Assembly: GCA_019058295.1 (NCBI GenBank)
Contig: JAHPZI010000022.1
Span: forward strand, 216,816-280,815
Length of the DNA: 64,000 nucleotides
Direction: 5' to 3'
Source of the DNA: Promethearchaeota archaeon
GTDB taxonomy: Archaea; Asgardarchaeota; Lokiarchaeia; Sigyniarchaeales; SOKP01
The position numbers and the translations under genes were made by a program. Below are positions 41,617-51,380 of the stretch, in pieces; the stretch's first letter is position 1; the number at the start of each line of letters is the position of its first letter. The notes beneath the pieces are model-generated. The model saw only the letters and a program-made list of their open reading frames with translations. It was not told where the DNA came from and made no database searches.

Positions 41617-43035
41617 TTGAAAGAATATGATATTGTTATTGTAGGTGGTGGTCCAGGAGGTTCAATGGCTGCAAAAGTTGCTGCTGAAAAAGGTTTAAAA
41701 ACTATTTTCTTCGAAAGAGGTCGGAAACCAGGAGAGAAAAATTCTTCTGGATGTGGGTTGGGTCCGAGAATGTGGAGATCATGGCCTAATATGATGAAAA
41801 CTTTAACAGAAGATAAATGTCCTTCATTACGAGCGGGTAGGTTTGCTCGTAATTATTTAGTAGATAAAAAAGGCGAAGTCTCTGCAATGATATTAGCAAG
41901 ACCTACTGAATCAGTTGCTTACGAACCTGCAAAAAGCTTCATCACTATGAATTGTTATCGTAGTGAATTTGATCCGTGGATTGCAGACTTAGCTACTAAT
42001 GCTGGTGCAGAACTCAAATGTTCTTTACTTATAAAAGGACTTATTAAGGAAAATGGAACTGTAAAAGGAGTAATTGATGAAAAGGGAGAAAAATATATGG
42101 CACCGATTGTTATCGGAGCAGATGGCGCCGTTTCTATGGTTGCAAAGCAATCCGGACTACGTGATAAATGGTATCATGATCATATCACATTAGTTCCTCA
42201 GTATGACTTTTATGCTCCTAGAGAGAAAATCGACCTAATCATGCATGAAGAGGCATTAGCTATATGGTGGATGGCAGGTGGGATTCCAAGCGCTTATCAA
42301 GTCTTTTTTGGAGACGGTTTTCATGTTGGCTTAGGTAATTGGATGCACTCCTGGGAGAGGAATCCGCTATATTATCTAAATTACGTAGTTAACCTTAAAC
42401 ATTTCCAGCGCACCATTAAAATGCTAGATGCAAAGCCAAGGGAAGTTCAAGCACATTTATTACCTTGGATGCCTTACCCAGAAAAAACCTATGCGAATGG
42501 TGTGATGCTGATAGGTGATGCTGCAGGCTTTCCATGTCCTCTTGAAGCAGAAGGAATATTTCCAGCTATGGAAAGCGCAGAGATTGCAGTAGAAGTTGCT
42601 GCAGAAGCAATCGCAGAAGGAGACTATTCTGAAAATAAATTAAAAGAATATGAGAGGCGATGGCAGGAAGAATCTAGCATCGGGACAGAATTTGAAGCTG
42701 GTCCTGAATTATGGAGTGTGTGGAAGGCTCTTCCATTCAATGCTAAGAATATGGACTGGTTTATTCCTATGGTGAGTGAAGCATTGACAGGAATTTTTGA
42801 TTGGTCAGAACCACATAAAGTACGCATAAGACAAATAATAGCTCATGTTAAGAAATATTTGCCCCAAGCAATGCCAACATTGATGAGTGAACTTGTTCCC
42901 TTATTTACAAAAGCATTAGAGGATGATATGGGTAAGTTAATGGACCCTGCAATCATGCCTACCTTAATAAATTCACTTCCAAAACTAATGTCATTAATGC
43001 CAGATAAAAAGAAAAAAAGGAGGAGACGAAAGTGA
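41617..43035 (+). CDS. FixC/geranylgeranyl reductase-family flavoprotein
   Basis: VGGGPGG, ERG..PGEKN.SG, RSEFD.W, GADG, IGDAAG...LEAEGI; TTG start after GGGAG. Confidence 0.85.
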   Translation: MKEYDIVIVGGGPGGSMAAKVAAEKGLKTIFFERGRKPGEKNSSGCGLGPRMWRSWPNMMKTLTEDKCPSLRAGRFARNYLVDKKGEVSAMILARPTESVAYEPAKSFITMNCYRSEFDPWIADLATNAGAELKCSLLIKGLIKENGTVKGVIDEKGEKYMAPIVIGADGAVSMVAKQSGLRDKWYHDHITLVPQYDFYAPREKIDLIMHEEALAIWWMAGGIPSAYQVFFGDGFHVGLGNWMHSWERNPLYYLNYVVNLKHFQRTIKMLDAKPREVQAHLLPWMPYPEKTYANGVMLIGDAAGFPCPLEAEGIFPAMESAEIAVEVAAEAIAEGDYSENKLKEYERRWQEESSIGTEFEAGPELWSVWKALPFNAKNMDWFIPMVSEALTGIFDWSEPHKVRIRQIIAHVKKYLPQAMPTLMSELVPLFTKALEDDMGKLMDPAIMPTLINSLPKLMSLMPDKKKKRRRRK

Positions 43036-43310
43036 ACATTAATGATTTCGATCTAAAAAGTATCTCAACACATATAGAGGGTACAGAAGATTTCATTTCT
43101 ATTGATAATGATAAATGTAACCTTTGCAATCGATGCTTAGTCATTTGTATCATGAATCTTTGGAAGAAACGAGAAGGAAAAATTGTCTTAGCTGAGGATT
43201 ATAAGCAAAAATGTGTAGAATGTGCTGCATGTTATCAAGTTTGTGAACCAGGTGCAATTAATTTTCAATATCCTGCCGGAGGAACCGGCGTAGTTTTTGA
43301 GCAAGGATAA
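43032..43310 (+). CDS. FixX-like ferredoxin
   Basis: CNLCNRC, CVECAAC..VC, YPAGGTGV; GTGA overlap with upstream gene. Confidence 0.88.
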   Translation: MNINDFDLKSISTHIEGTEDFISIDNDKCNLCNRCLVICIMNLWKKREGKIVLAEDYKQKCVECAACYQVCEPGAINFQYPAGGTGVVFEQG

Positions 43311-43406
43311 AACTAAGATATTTAATCTTTTTTTTAAAAATTTTTTTTTAGAATTCATTATTTAATTAGAATAGTATTAAAAATAGAAATAGAGTTGAGT
43401 TTAAGA

Positions 43407-44603
43407 ATGCAAAGTATGTTTTCAAATTTAAGTGAAGCGGATTTAGCAATAAAGGCCGAAGCTGAGGAGTATGCATTAAATGAAATTGCGCCATATGTTA
43501 ATGATATTGATCTAGGAAAAAAGGAGATATGGGATGTAATTAGACCATTGGGCAAAAAGGGGTTAATCGGAGTTACATTTCCAAAGAGGTTCGGGGGTCG
43601 TGCGGGTTCATTTTTACAGGAGTTATTAGTGTCTGAAGTTATTTCTTATCATAGTTTACCGATTGACATGAGTCGATTGTCATCCTCATATCCAGCGCTT
43701 TTAATTCGTATGTTTGGTAAAACAAAAATATTACGTAAATATATGGATCCCCTATTAAAAGGTGAGAAAATAGGATGTTTTTGTTTTACTGAACCAGATG
43801 CTGGAAGCGACTTATCTAGAATGAAAACAATATATAAAAAAGACGATTTGAACGATGAATTCATTTTAACTGGTGAAAAAAGATTTATTACTAATGGAAG
43901 TATAGCTGATACTCTTGTAGTCTATGGTCGAAATGGAGCGTTTATAGTAGAATCTGATTGGGAAGGATTTGAAGTTATTGAAGAGTATCAAATGATGGGC
44001 CTTCACGGATTACATTTAGGGCATATGAAATTCAATAATGTTAGAGTCCCTAAAGAAAACCTTCTTTTTTACAAGGAAATAAAACCAACATCAGATGGTA
44101 CAAAAAGAATGGGTAAAACTTCTGCAATTTCGAGTATGCAAGTTATGTTGGCCCCCGAGAGGGTAGCAGTGTCTGTCCAAGTAATGGGTGTTGCTAAAAG
44201 AGCAATAGATGTAGCTATCCAATATTCTCAAGAAAGGGTTCAATTTAAAAGACCTATATGCGAATTTGAAGGTATTAGTTTCAAAATTGCTGAAATGGTT
44301 ACAAATTTTGAAGCCGGGAAAGCTTTATTAGAGAAATCGGTAAATCATATGGAAGATGGAAATTTAGCTGCTATGGCTAAACTTTTTGTGTGTACGAATG
44401 CATTTAAAATATGCGATGATGCAATTCAGGTTTTAGGAGGAATTGGATATACAAATAAATATCCAGTCGAAAGATGTGCACGAGATGTGAGACTTATGAG
44501 AATAGGGGCAGGTACCGACGAAGTTATGAAATATATTATTCAAAAAGGAATTTATAGGAAAACTGAATCTTTAGAACCTTTAGAAAAAAGAAAGATGTTT
44601 TAA
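43407..44603 (+). CDS. Acyl-CoA dehydrogenase (IVD/LCAD-type catalytic Glu position)
   Basis: FTEPDAGSD, GEKRFITNG, APER, R.QFKRPI, QVLGGIGY, IGAGTDEV. Confidence 0.9.
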   Translation: MQSMFSNLSEADLAIKAEAEEYALNEIAPYVNDIDLGKKEIWDVIRPLGKKGLIGVTFPKRFGGRAGSFLQELLVSEVISYHSLPIDMSRLSSSYPALLIRMFGKTKILRKYMDPLLKGEKIGCFCFTEPDAGSDLSRMKTIYKKDDLNDEFILTGEKRFITNGSIADTLVVYGRNGAFIVESDWEGFEVIEEYQMMGLHGLHLGHMKFNNVRVPKENLLFYKEIKPTSDGTKRMGKTSAISSMQVMLAPERVAVSVQVMGVAKRAIDVAIQYSQERVQFKRPICEFEGISFKIAEMVTNFEAGKALLEKSVNHMEDGNLAAMAKLFVCTNAFKICDDAIQVLGGIGYTNKYPVERCARDVRLMRIGAGTDEVMKYIIQKGIYRKTESLEPLEKRKMF

Positions 44604-46219
44604 TGGATTAGTCGTTCTTGTTCTTTCCAAAATTCATCTTTTAACTTTCTTTTTAAAATTTTTCCCTGTGCACTGACTGGCAAATCATCTCTAAATATTA
44701 CTTTTTTTGGTTTTTTATAGCCAGCAAGATGTTCCCCACAATAATGTATTATTTGTTCTCCTTTTAAATTAGCTCCCTCTTTTGGGACAATTAAAGCCAC
44801 TACTGCCTCGCCCCATTTTTTATCTGGCATGCCTATCACTGCACACATTTTAACACCATCAATTTGATAAATAACATTTTCAATTTCTTTAGGATATATA
44901 TTTTCTCCGCCGCTAACAATCATATCTTTTGCCCTATCTGTTAAGAATAAGTAATCTTTGCCGTTAATTTCTTTTAAATATCCAACATCCCCTGTAAATA
45001 GCCAATTCTTCCCGTCAATTTCTCGAATAGTTTTTTGCGTTAGATTTTTTTTATTCCAATATCCTCTCATAATAGATTTTCCCGATGCAATAACTTCACC
45101 AATTTCACCTTTAGGAAGGAACGTTCCATTTTTCCAAATTTCAACTTCAGTACCAATTTGAGGGCACCCACCACTTTTTAAAATCTCAGGAAAACTTTTT
45201 GCTAATTCATGATCTTCAGAAGTTAATTGAGTAATAACAGGTGAATATTCTGTTTGCCCATATGCTTGACGAAATTTTGTATTAGATAAAAGTTTCATTG
45301 CTCTTGATAAAACAGTGGGAGATATCGGTGCAGCTCCATAAGTTAATTCTTTAAGGCTATTAAGATCGTACTTTTTAGCTTCTTCAGAATCCAAATATTC
45401 TACCAAGCTAATAATATTCGTTGGAACACATACAATATGATTGATTTTATATTTATCTATCGATTGTACTATTTTATTGGCCTTAAATCCTTTATGTAAG
45501 TAAATGGTATAATTCATGAATGAAGCCATTAGAAAGACTAACATCGCTGCCAAGTGAAATATGGGAATAGGAATAAGAATACTATGTTCAAGCATTTCTA
45601 ATCCATTTTCTATATTAGAACCCTCGTGTATTGATTCAATTACCGATTGACCACTACACATTATATTATTAAAAAGTCCTTCATGAGTTAGCATAACTCC
45701 TTTTGGAAATCCCGTAGTTCCTCCAGTATATGCAATAAAAACAGTGTCTGTTTCATATACTTTTTTAGGAGGTTTAATTCTTTTTCCTTCAAATGGTATT
45801 TGACAAAGCTTATCAAATTGTTGCTCAGAAATAAATTCTCTGATGGAAGGACATTTCTTCTTATAATAACTTATATCATCTTTAAATTTATTTCCATAAA
45901 TTAATATAACGGGTTTAGAATCATTAATACAATATTCTAACTCCTTTTTAGCCATAAAAAAATTTAAGGGTACAATGATTGCCGAAGTTCTGGGGATTGA
46001 ATAATATGCTACACAAATCTCTATACTATTTTCTAATAATAGTGCTATTCTATCTCCAGGATTAATTTTAAAATCGTTTATAACATAATTTGCGAAATTA
46101 TTACATCTTTGATCATATACTCCATAAGTAATGCTTTTTTCACCTGCCATTACATCAACAAGAGCAACTTTATCAGGTACCTTTCTTGCGCCCTTCCTAA
46201 CAATATAATCTAATTGCAT
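44600..46219 (-). CDS. Long-chain fatty-acid--CoA ligase
   Basis: YTGGTTGFPKG, AYGQTE, TGD, SGGENIYP, GKILK; shares TTAA stop with the convergent ACAD. Confidence 0.9.
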   Translation of the reverse strand: MQLDYIVRKGARKVPDKVALVDVMAGEKSITYGVYDQRCNNFANYVINDFKINPGDRIALLLENSIEICVAYYSIPRTSAIIVPLNFFMAKKELEYCINDSKPVILIYGNKFKDDISYYKKKCPSIREFISEQQFDKLCQIPFEGKRIKPPKKVYETDTVFIAYTGGTTGFPKGVMLTHEGLFNNIMCSGQSVIESIHEGSNIENGLEMLEHSILIPIPIFHLAAMLVFLMASFMNYTIYLHKGFKANKIVQSIDKYKINHIVCVPTNIISLVEYLDSEEAKKYDLNSLKELTYGAAPISPTVLSRAMKLLSNTKFRQAYGQTEYSPVITQLTSEDHELAKSFPEILKSGGCPQIGTEVEIWKNGTFLPKGEIGEVIASGKSIMRGYWNKKNLTQKTIREIDGKNWLFTGDVGYLKEINGKDYLFLTDRAKDMIVSGGENIYPKEIENVIYQIDGVKMCAVIGMPDKKWGEAVVALIVPKEGANLKGEQIIHYCGEHLAGYKKPKKVIFRDDLPVSAQGKILKRKLKDEFWKEQERLIH

Positions 46220-46339
46220 TTATCTCATAATTAAATATTTTATATGATATATTAAACAATGAAAATTTATTTTCTATACTTTTAAATTTTTCATTAAAAC
46301 TTAAAATACGTATTAATAATGATTTAAACTTATATAATT

Positions 46340-47497
46340 TCAAGCAAAATTTAGAGGATATTTACGGTACTTTTCAATAGCAGATCTCATTGCTAGAACA
46401 TTTTCCCAGGGCATATTTAAAATGTTATGACTTGGGCCAACGAAGTATCCCCCGTCTGGAGCGGCTGTTTTAATTCCTCTTTTAACCTCTTCTTCAACTT
46501 CTTTAACTGTTCCAAAATTAAGAACCCTAGAGGAATCTAATCCCCCTAGTAAGCATAAACGATCTCCTAAAGTTTCTTTTATATGTGCTAAATCGACGCC
46601 AGCTGCGGGTTCAAGAGCTTGAATGCCATTTAATCCCGCATCAACCATATCAGGCAAAAACTCATCTATTTTTCCACATGAATGCTGTATAACTAACATT
46701 CCACGTTTTCTACATGCCTGATAAATTTTTTTATAATAAGGAAGTATAAATTCTCTTAAATGTTTGAGCGAAAAAATAGTCTGCCCTTTATACCCTAAAT
46801 CATCAAACATCCATACAATTTCTACTCCCGCTTCGTCTAATCGCTTAATAATTTCAACATTAGTCTTAGCATATTCTGACATTACTTCATGAATAAAGTG
46901 TGGATTTTTTCGCATATGATAGGCAACCCTTGTAATAGTCATCCCTTCAAAAAGAGACTCGAGAGGTGCTATGGCAAGCGGTGCCAAAGGATAAAGATAG
47001 GGTGAAAGTGCTTCGACATAAGCCTCCCAGATTCGTGGAGAATAATTAAGTCTATCATTAATTAATTCTGAAGGCCTTCCATATTTATCCCAGTAGAAAT
47101 GCAGAATTTCAGGGGAAGTAAAATAACCATCAATATACCAGGAATAATCTAAGCCAGTTTCAACTTGTTTTACATTCTTAAATAATCTTCCACTAATAAT
47201 TTCTAATCGGCAATCAGGATATTCTGGAGGAGCCTTTCTAAGTCTTTGTTTTACTTTGTTATAACCCCAAGGATCCATAGGATTAGCATCTACATTCCAA
47301 AATCTCTGTTCTGTTATTAAATATTTAATATTAGTAGCCTTAACCCAAGTAGCGCACTCCTTTTTCTCTTCAGAGTCTTTAAAGGCCAAAAAGGATTTTG
47401 CAGTACGTTCAAAACCCAAAGTAAAAATAGGAACTACGTCAGGTTCTCCATCAAGCTCAACTGTCCGAAATACCCGTTCTCTTTTTGATAGGCTCAT
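46340..47497 (-). CDS. UroD/MtaA-family protein (putative corrinoid methyltransferase)
   Basis: SKRERV, FDDLG, QHSCG, GGYFVGPSHN. Confidence 0.82.
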   Translation of the reverse strand: MSLSKRERVFRTVELDGEPDVVPIFTLGFERTAKSFLAFKDSEEKKECATWVKATNIKYLITEQRFWNVDANPMDPWGYNKVKQRLRKAPPEYPDCRLEIISGRLFKNVKQVETGLDYSWYIDGYFTSPEILHFYWDKYGRPSELINDRLNYSPRIWEAYVEALSPYLYPLAPLAIAPLESLFEGMTITRVAYHMRKNPHFIHEVMSEYAKTNVEIIKRLDEAGVEIVWMFDDLGYKGQTIFSLKHLREFILPYYKKIYQACRKRGMLVIQHSCGKIDEFLPDMVDAGLNGIQALEPAAGVDLAHIKETLGDRLCLLGGLDSSRVLNFGTVKEVEEEVKRGIKTAAPDGGYFVGPSHNILNMPWENVLAMRSAIEKYRKYPLNFA

Positions 47498-47579
47498 AAT
47501 AAAAGATTGAATTTATTGATTAAAAAAATTTTCATTTTAATCTTTCAAGAAATTAAATTACTGTTAGTATTTTTTACCC

Positions 47580-48764
47580 TCAATTTAGATTTAAGGGATA
47601 TTTACGATATTTTTCAATAGCAGCTCTTAATGCTAAAATATTTTTCCATGGTGCATTGAGAATATTGTGGCTTGGACCAGCGAAATATCCTCCACTATGG
47701 GCTGCTGCTTTAATGCATCTTTTCACTTCTTCCTCAACATCTTTAGGGGTTCCGAAGTTGAGTATATTTGAACCATCTATACCACCAAGAAAAGCAATTC
47801 GGTCCCCCAATTTTTCTTTTAAATGCGCCAGATCGACACCTGCTGCCGGTTCAAGAGCTTGAATTCCATTTAATCCTGCATCAACCATATATGGTAAAAG
47901 CTTGTCAATATACCCACAAGAATGCTGAACTACAAACATACTGTTTTTCTTACACGCCTGATAGATCTGTTTATAATAAGGAAGTATAAATTCCTTAAAT
48001 TGTTCGATGGAAAGAATGGATCGTTGTTTCATGCCTAAATCATCCATATAAAACACTATATCGACTCCTGCCTCTGCTAACCTCTTAATTATTTCCAAGT
48101 TAACTTTATTAAACTCAGTCATAACCTCATGTATAAATTGGGGATTTTTCCGCATATAATAAGCTACTCTCGTTATGGTCATTCCCTCAAATAGCGATTC
48201 ATGTAAAGTAATAGGTAAAGTAGCCATTGGATATAAATACTTGGAAAGTTTATTTACAAAGTTTTCCCAAATTTGAGGAGAATAATTAATTCTATTATTA
48301 ACAAGATCAATAGGTTTACCATATTTATCCCAATATTCATGAACAATTTCAGGAGTCCTAAAATAACCATCTTCATACCATAAATATGTCAAACCAGTAT
48401 CAACTTGGGGGGCAAGTTTCCATATTCTTCCGTCATAGGTTAAGATTAGACATTCAGGGTATTCAGGGGGAGCTTTGATTGTTTTTAATTTGAATTTATT
48501 AATTCCCCAGGGATCTATCCCATGAATGTCTGACTTCCAAAACCTTAATTCGGTTATACTTCCTGTTGTTCCCTGTAATACACTGAATTTCATTTTTAAA
48601 ACTTCTTCTTCTATAGAAGCTTTAGTTTTCTTATATTCATCAGATTTTTCAAAATATTGATTTGAGATTCCCGTCCTTTCAAATCCCAAATAATGAATAG
48701 GTACTATGTCAGGCTCTTCAAGCTCTAAGGTTCTAATAACTCTTTCCCGCTTTGATAATACCAT
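47580..48764 (-). CDS. UroD/MtaA-family protein, tandem paralogue
   Basis: SKRERV, MDDLG, QHSCG, GGYFAGPSHN; collinear with 46340..47497. Confidence 0.82.
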   Translation of the reverse strand: MVLSKRERVIRTLELEEPDIVPIHYLGFERTGISNQYFEKSDEYKKTKASIEEEVLKMKFSVLQGTTGSITELRFWKSDIHGIDPWGINKFKLKTIKAPPEYPECLILTYDGRIWKLAPQVDTGLTYLWYEDGYFRTPEIVHEYWDKYGKPIDLVNNRINYSPQIWENFVNKLSKYLYPMATLPITLHESLFEGMTITRVAYYMRKNPQFIHEVMTEFNKVNLEIIKRLAEAGVDIVFYMDDLGMKQRSILSIEQFKEFILPYYKQIYQACKKNSMFVVQHSCGYIDKLLPYMVDAGLNGIQALEPAAGVDLAHLKEKLGDRIAFLGGIDGSNILNFGTPKDVEEEVKRCIKAAAHSGGYFAGPSHNILNAPWKNILALRAAIEKYRKYPLNLN

Positions 48765-48895
48765 AATAAAGATCGGTTTAATTAATTTAAAAAAATTTTT
48801 AAAATATAATCATTTTTCTTGAATTCGAAAAAAAAATAATTAAAAATACATTCACATCTAATATATAATATTATCAAAATTTTTGGTTTTATATT

Positions 48896-49531
48896 ATGGA
48901 TTATGAACAATTGACAGAGCTTATAGTAGAATTGGAGCTCGATGATATTGCTGATGCAGTTAAAGAAGCGCTTGAAGCAGATGGAAAAGATCCATTTGAT
49001 ATTTTATCCGCACTTACTGCCGGGATGGATGAAGTTGGGCACCGGTATGACGAAGAAATTTATTATTTAGCAGACTTAATGCTGGCAGCAGAAACTATGA
49101 AGGTTGCCTTAGAGGTTTTAAAGCCAGCATTAGCTTCATCAGAAAAAGTGAAAGACAAAGTAAAAGTTGTTATCGCAACTGTTAAAGGAGATAATCATGA
49201 TATAGGGAAAAATCTACTCGGAATATTATTAATGAGTGAAGGATTTGAAGTATATGACTTAGGTAAAGATGTTGATGCTGAAAAAATTGTATCTAAAGTG
49301 AAAGAAACAGGTGCATCTATTGTTGGGTTAAGCTCACTCTTAAGTATGACTGTGTCGCAAATTGAGGTTGTTCATGAAGCTCTAAAAAATGCAGGATTAA
49401 GAGATAAGGTTAATTTAATTGTTGGTGGGGCTCCTTTAAACATGGATTTAGCAAAGCGGTTTGGAGCGGATGATTTTGCTGAAGACACAATAAAAGGTAT
49501 CACTCATATAAAAAATATAGCCGGAATCTAA
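48896..49531 (+). CDS. Corrinoid protein (MtbC/MttC/MtaC-like)
   Basis: Cap domain GMDEVG...YYLADLM; GDNHDIGKN; GLSSL; VGGAP. Confidence 0.92.
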   Translation: MDYEQLTELIVELELDDIADAVKEALEADGKDPFDILSALTAGMDEVGHRYDEEIYYLADLMLAAETMKVALEVLKPALASSEKVKDKVKVVIATVKGDNHDIGKNLLGILLMSEGFEVYDLGKDVDAEKIVSKVKETGASIVGLSSLLSMTVSQIEVVHEALKNAGLRDKVNLIVGGAPLNMDLAKRFGADDFAEDTIKGITHIKNIAGI

Positions 49532-49626
49532 CTTATTCATCCATATTAAAACCATTTGCCTTAATTATTATATTTTATATATTTTTATGAAATGATTATT
49601 ATTAAGATGTAAAAAATGAGTAAACT

Positions 49627-50280
49627 ATGAAAAACGATGAAATGCTAACGAGGATAAAAAATTCGATTGTAGAAGGAGAATCAGAAAAAACAATCGAGGC
49701 CGTAAATGAAGCGTTAAAAAGAGGAGTGGATTATAAAGATATTTTGAACAGAGCAATAATAAAGGGGGCTGCAGAAGTTGGAGAATTATATGAACAAGAG
49801 GAATATTTCCTTGCGGATATGTTAATGACTGGAGATGCTATTAATGCTGCTATGAATATATTAAAAGATTCATTTTTAGAGATATCAGAGGGACCTCCAA
49901 AAGGGATTATATTAATTGGAACAGTAGAAGGAGATGTACATGACATAGGGAAAGCTTTAGTAGCTTCTCTTTTAAATGGTCAAGCATTTGATGTCATTGA
50001 TTTAGGATCAGATGTTCCCCCAGAAATTTTTGTTGAAAAAGCTAAGAAATTAAAGCCTGATGTTATAGGACTAAGTGGTTTACTCACAATGAGCATTTCA
50101 AAAATGCATGAAACCATCCTATTACTCAAAAAGGAGGGAATACCTGCTAAAATTATCATAGGAGGGGGAATAGTCTCTAAAAATTCTTGCGCTATGATTG
50201 GAGCAGATGATTGTGCGAAAGATGGATGGGTGGGTATTAAAAAAATAAAAACATTAATATCAAATACTAAAAGAGGTTGA
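49627..50280 (+). CDS. Corrinoid protein (second paralogue)
   Basis: GTVEGDVHDIGK, GLSGL, IGGG. Confidence 0.92.
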   Translation: MKNDEMLTRIKNSIVEGESEKTIEAVNEALKRGVDYKDILNRAIIKGAAEVGELYEQEEYFLADMLMTGDAINAAMNILKDSFLEISEGPPKGIILIGTVEGDVHDIGKALVASLLNGQAFDVIDLGSDVPPEIFVEKAKKLKPDVIGLSGLLTMSISKMHETILLLKKEGIPAKIIIGGGIVSKNSCAMIGADDCAKDGWVGIKKIKTLISNTKRG

Positions 50281-50286
50281 TATAAA

Positions 50287-51369
50287 ATGCCCCATGATCG
50301 GACAAAATCGGTTATTAGATTTATGAAAACTCTAGCTGGTCAAGTTAGAGGTGTTGATAGAGTTCCATTTTTTGCTATAATTGATGAACAATTTATTTCT
50401 CGGATTATGGGAATAACTACAAGAGAAATTTTGAGTTCTCCAGAAACTTATGCTAATTGTCTTATTAAAACAGCTGATTTTATTAAAGCAGATACCATTC
50501 AAATCCCTTCTGCCTATGCTGGACCAGCAGAAGCATATGCGTTTGCTGAAGCAAACAGTAAAATGGATTCTATTCAATGGTATGATTATAAACCTTTAGC
50601 AATTAAACAGGGTGAAGTGTGCAAAACTGAAGAAGATATTGAAAAGTTAGAAATTCCAGAACACTCAAAAATAGATTTATGGGATACAACATACAAAACT
50701 GCAAATATTATTCGAGAAAAAACGAAATTTCCTCAAGGTATGGGTCTCGGAATATGGTCCGTTGTTCAAGAATTAAGAGGTATTAATGCATTTAAAGATA
50801 TTCGAAAGAATCCTGATCTATTATTGAAATTATGCGAAAAAATTTATAAAAGCCAATTAGATTCATATAATAATTGGATTGAAAAAGTAGGAGAGAGTCC
50901 TATTATAATGTATACAGGATATGCTTTCAATAAGCATATGATGTCTTTTAAGGATGCCATGAAATATGAGGGGCAATTTATCAAAAGATTTCAAAAAGAA
51001 ATTAAATCACCATTTTTTCTCCATAATTGTGGAACCAGACCATATTTTAGAGAAGCTTGTAATGAGATAGATTTTATAGCTGTAAACGGTTCCCATCCTT
51101 TAAATATTAAATATTGGATTGATTTTAAGAAGGATTTTCCTAAGGTTACCATAATGGGTGCAAATATTGATGTTAGTCGTGAATTATTTACGGGTACCCC
51201 TCAAGATGTAGAAGAAAAAGTTAAAGAAAACATAATAAATTTAGCTCCGGGAGGAAGATATATAGTAAGTCCAATCTGTTGTCTGCCTTGGGGAGTTCCA
51301 ATTCCGAATGTTTTAGCAATTCCAGAAGCTATAGAAAAATATGGTCATTATCCAATAAAAGGGGCTTAA
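50287..51369 (+). CDS. MtaA/MtbA-like methylcobalamin:thiol methyltransferase (UroD fold)
   Basis: DRVP, LHNCG and SPICC (HxC...C zinc ligands), GANID. Confidence 0.72.
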   Translation: MPHDRTKSVIRFMKTLAGQVRGVDRVPFFAIIDEQFISRIMGITTREILSSPETYANCLIKTADFIKADTIQIPSAYAGPAEAYAFAEANSKMDSIQWYDYKPLAIKQGEVCKTEEDIEKLEIPEHSKIDLWDTTYKTANIIREKTKFPQGMGLGIWSVVQELRGINAFKDIRKNPDLLLKLCEKIYKSQLDSYNNWIEKVGESPIIMYTGYAFNKHMMSFKDAMKYEGQFIKRFQKEIKSPFFLHNCGTRPYFREACNEIDFIAVNGSHPLNIKYWIDFKKDFPKVTIMGANIDVSRELFTGTPQDVEEKVKENIINLAPGGRYIVSPICCLPWGVPIPNVLAIPEAIEKYGHYPIKGA

Positions 51370-51380
51370 TAGGACTTAAT

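Noticed and set aside
46340-48764. Annotation as true uroporphyrinogen decarboxylase (hemE)
   Set aside because: The proteins lack the RQAGR motif and lie next to corrinoid proteins.
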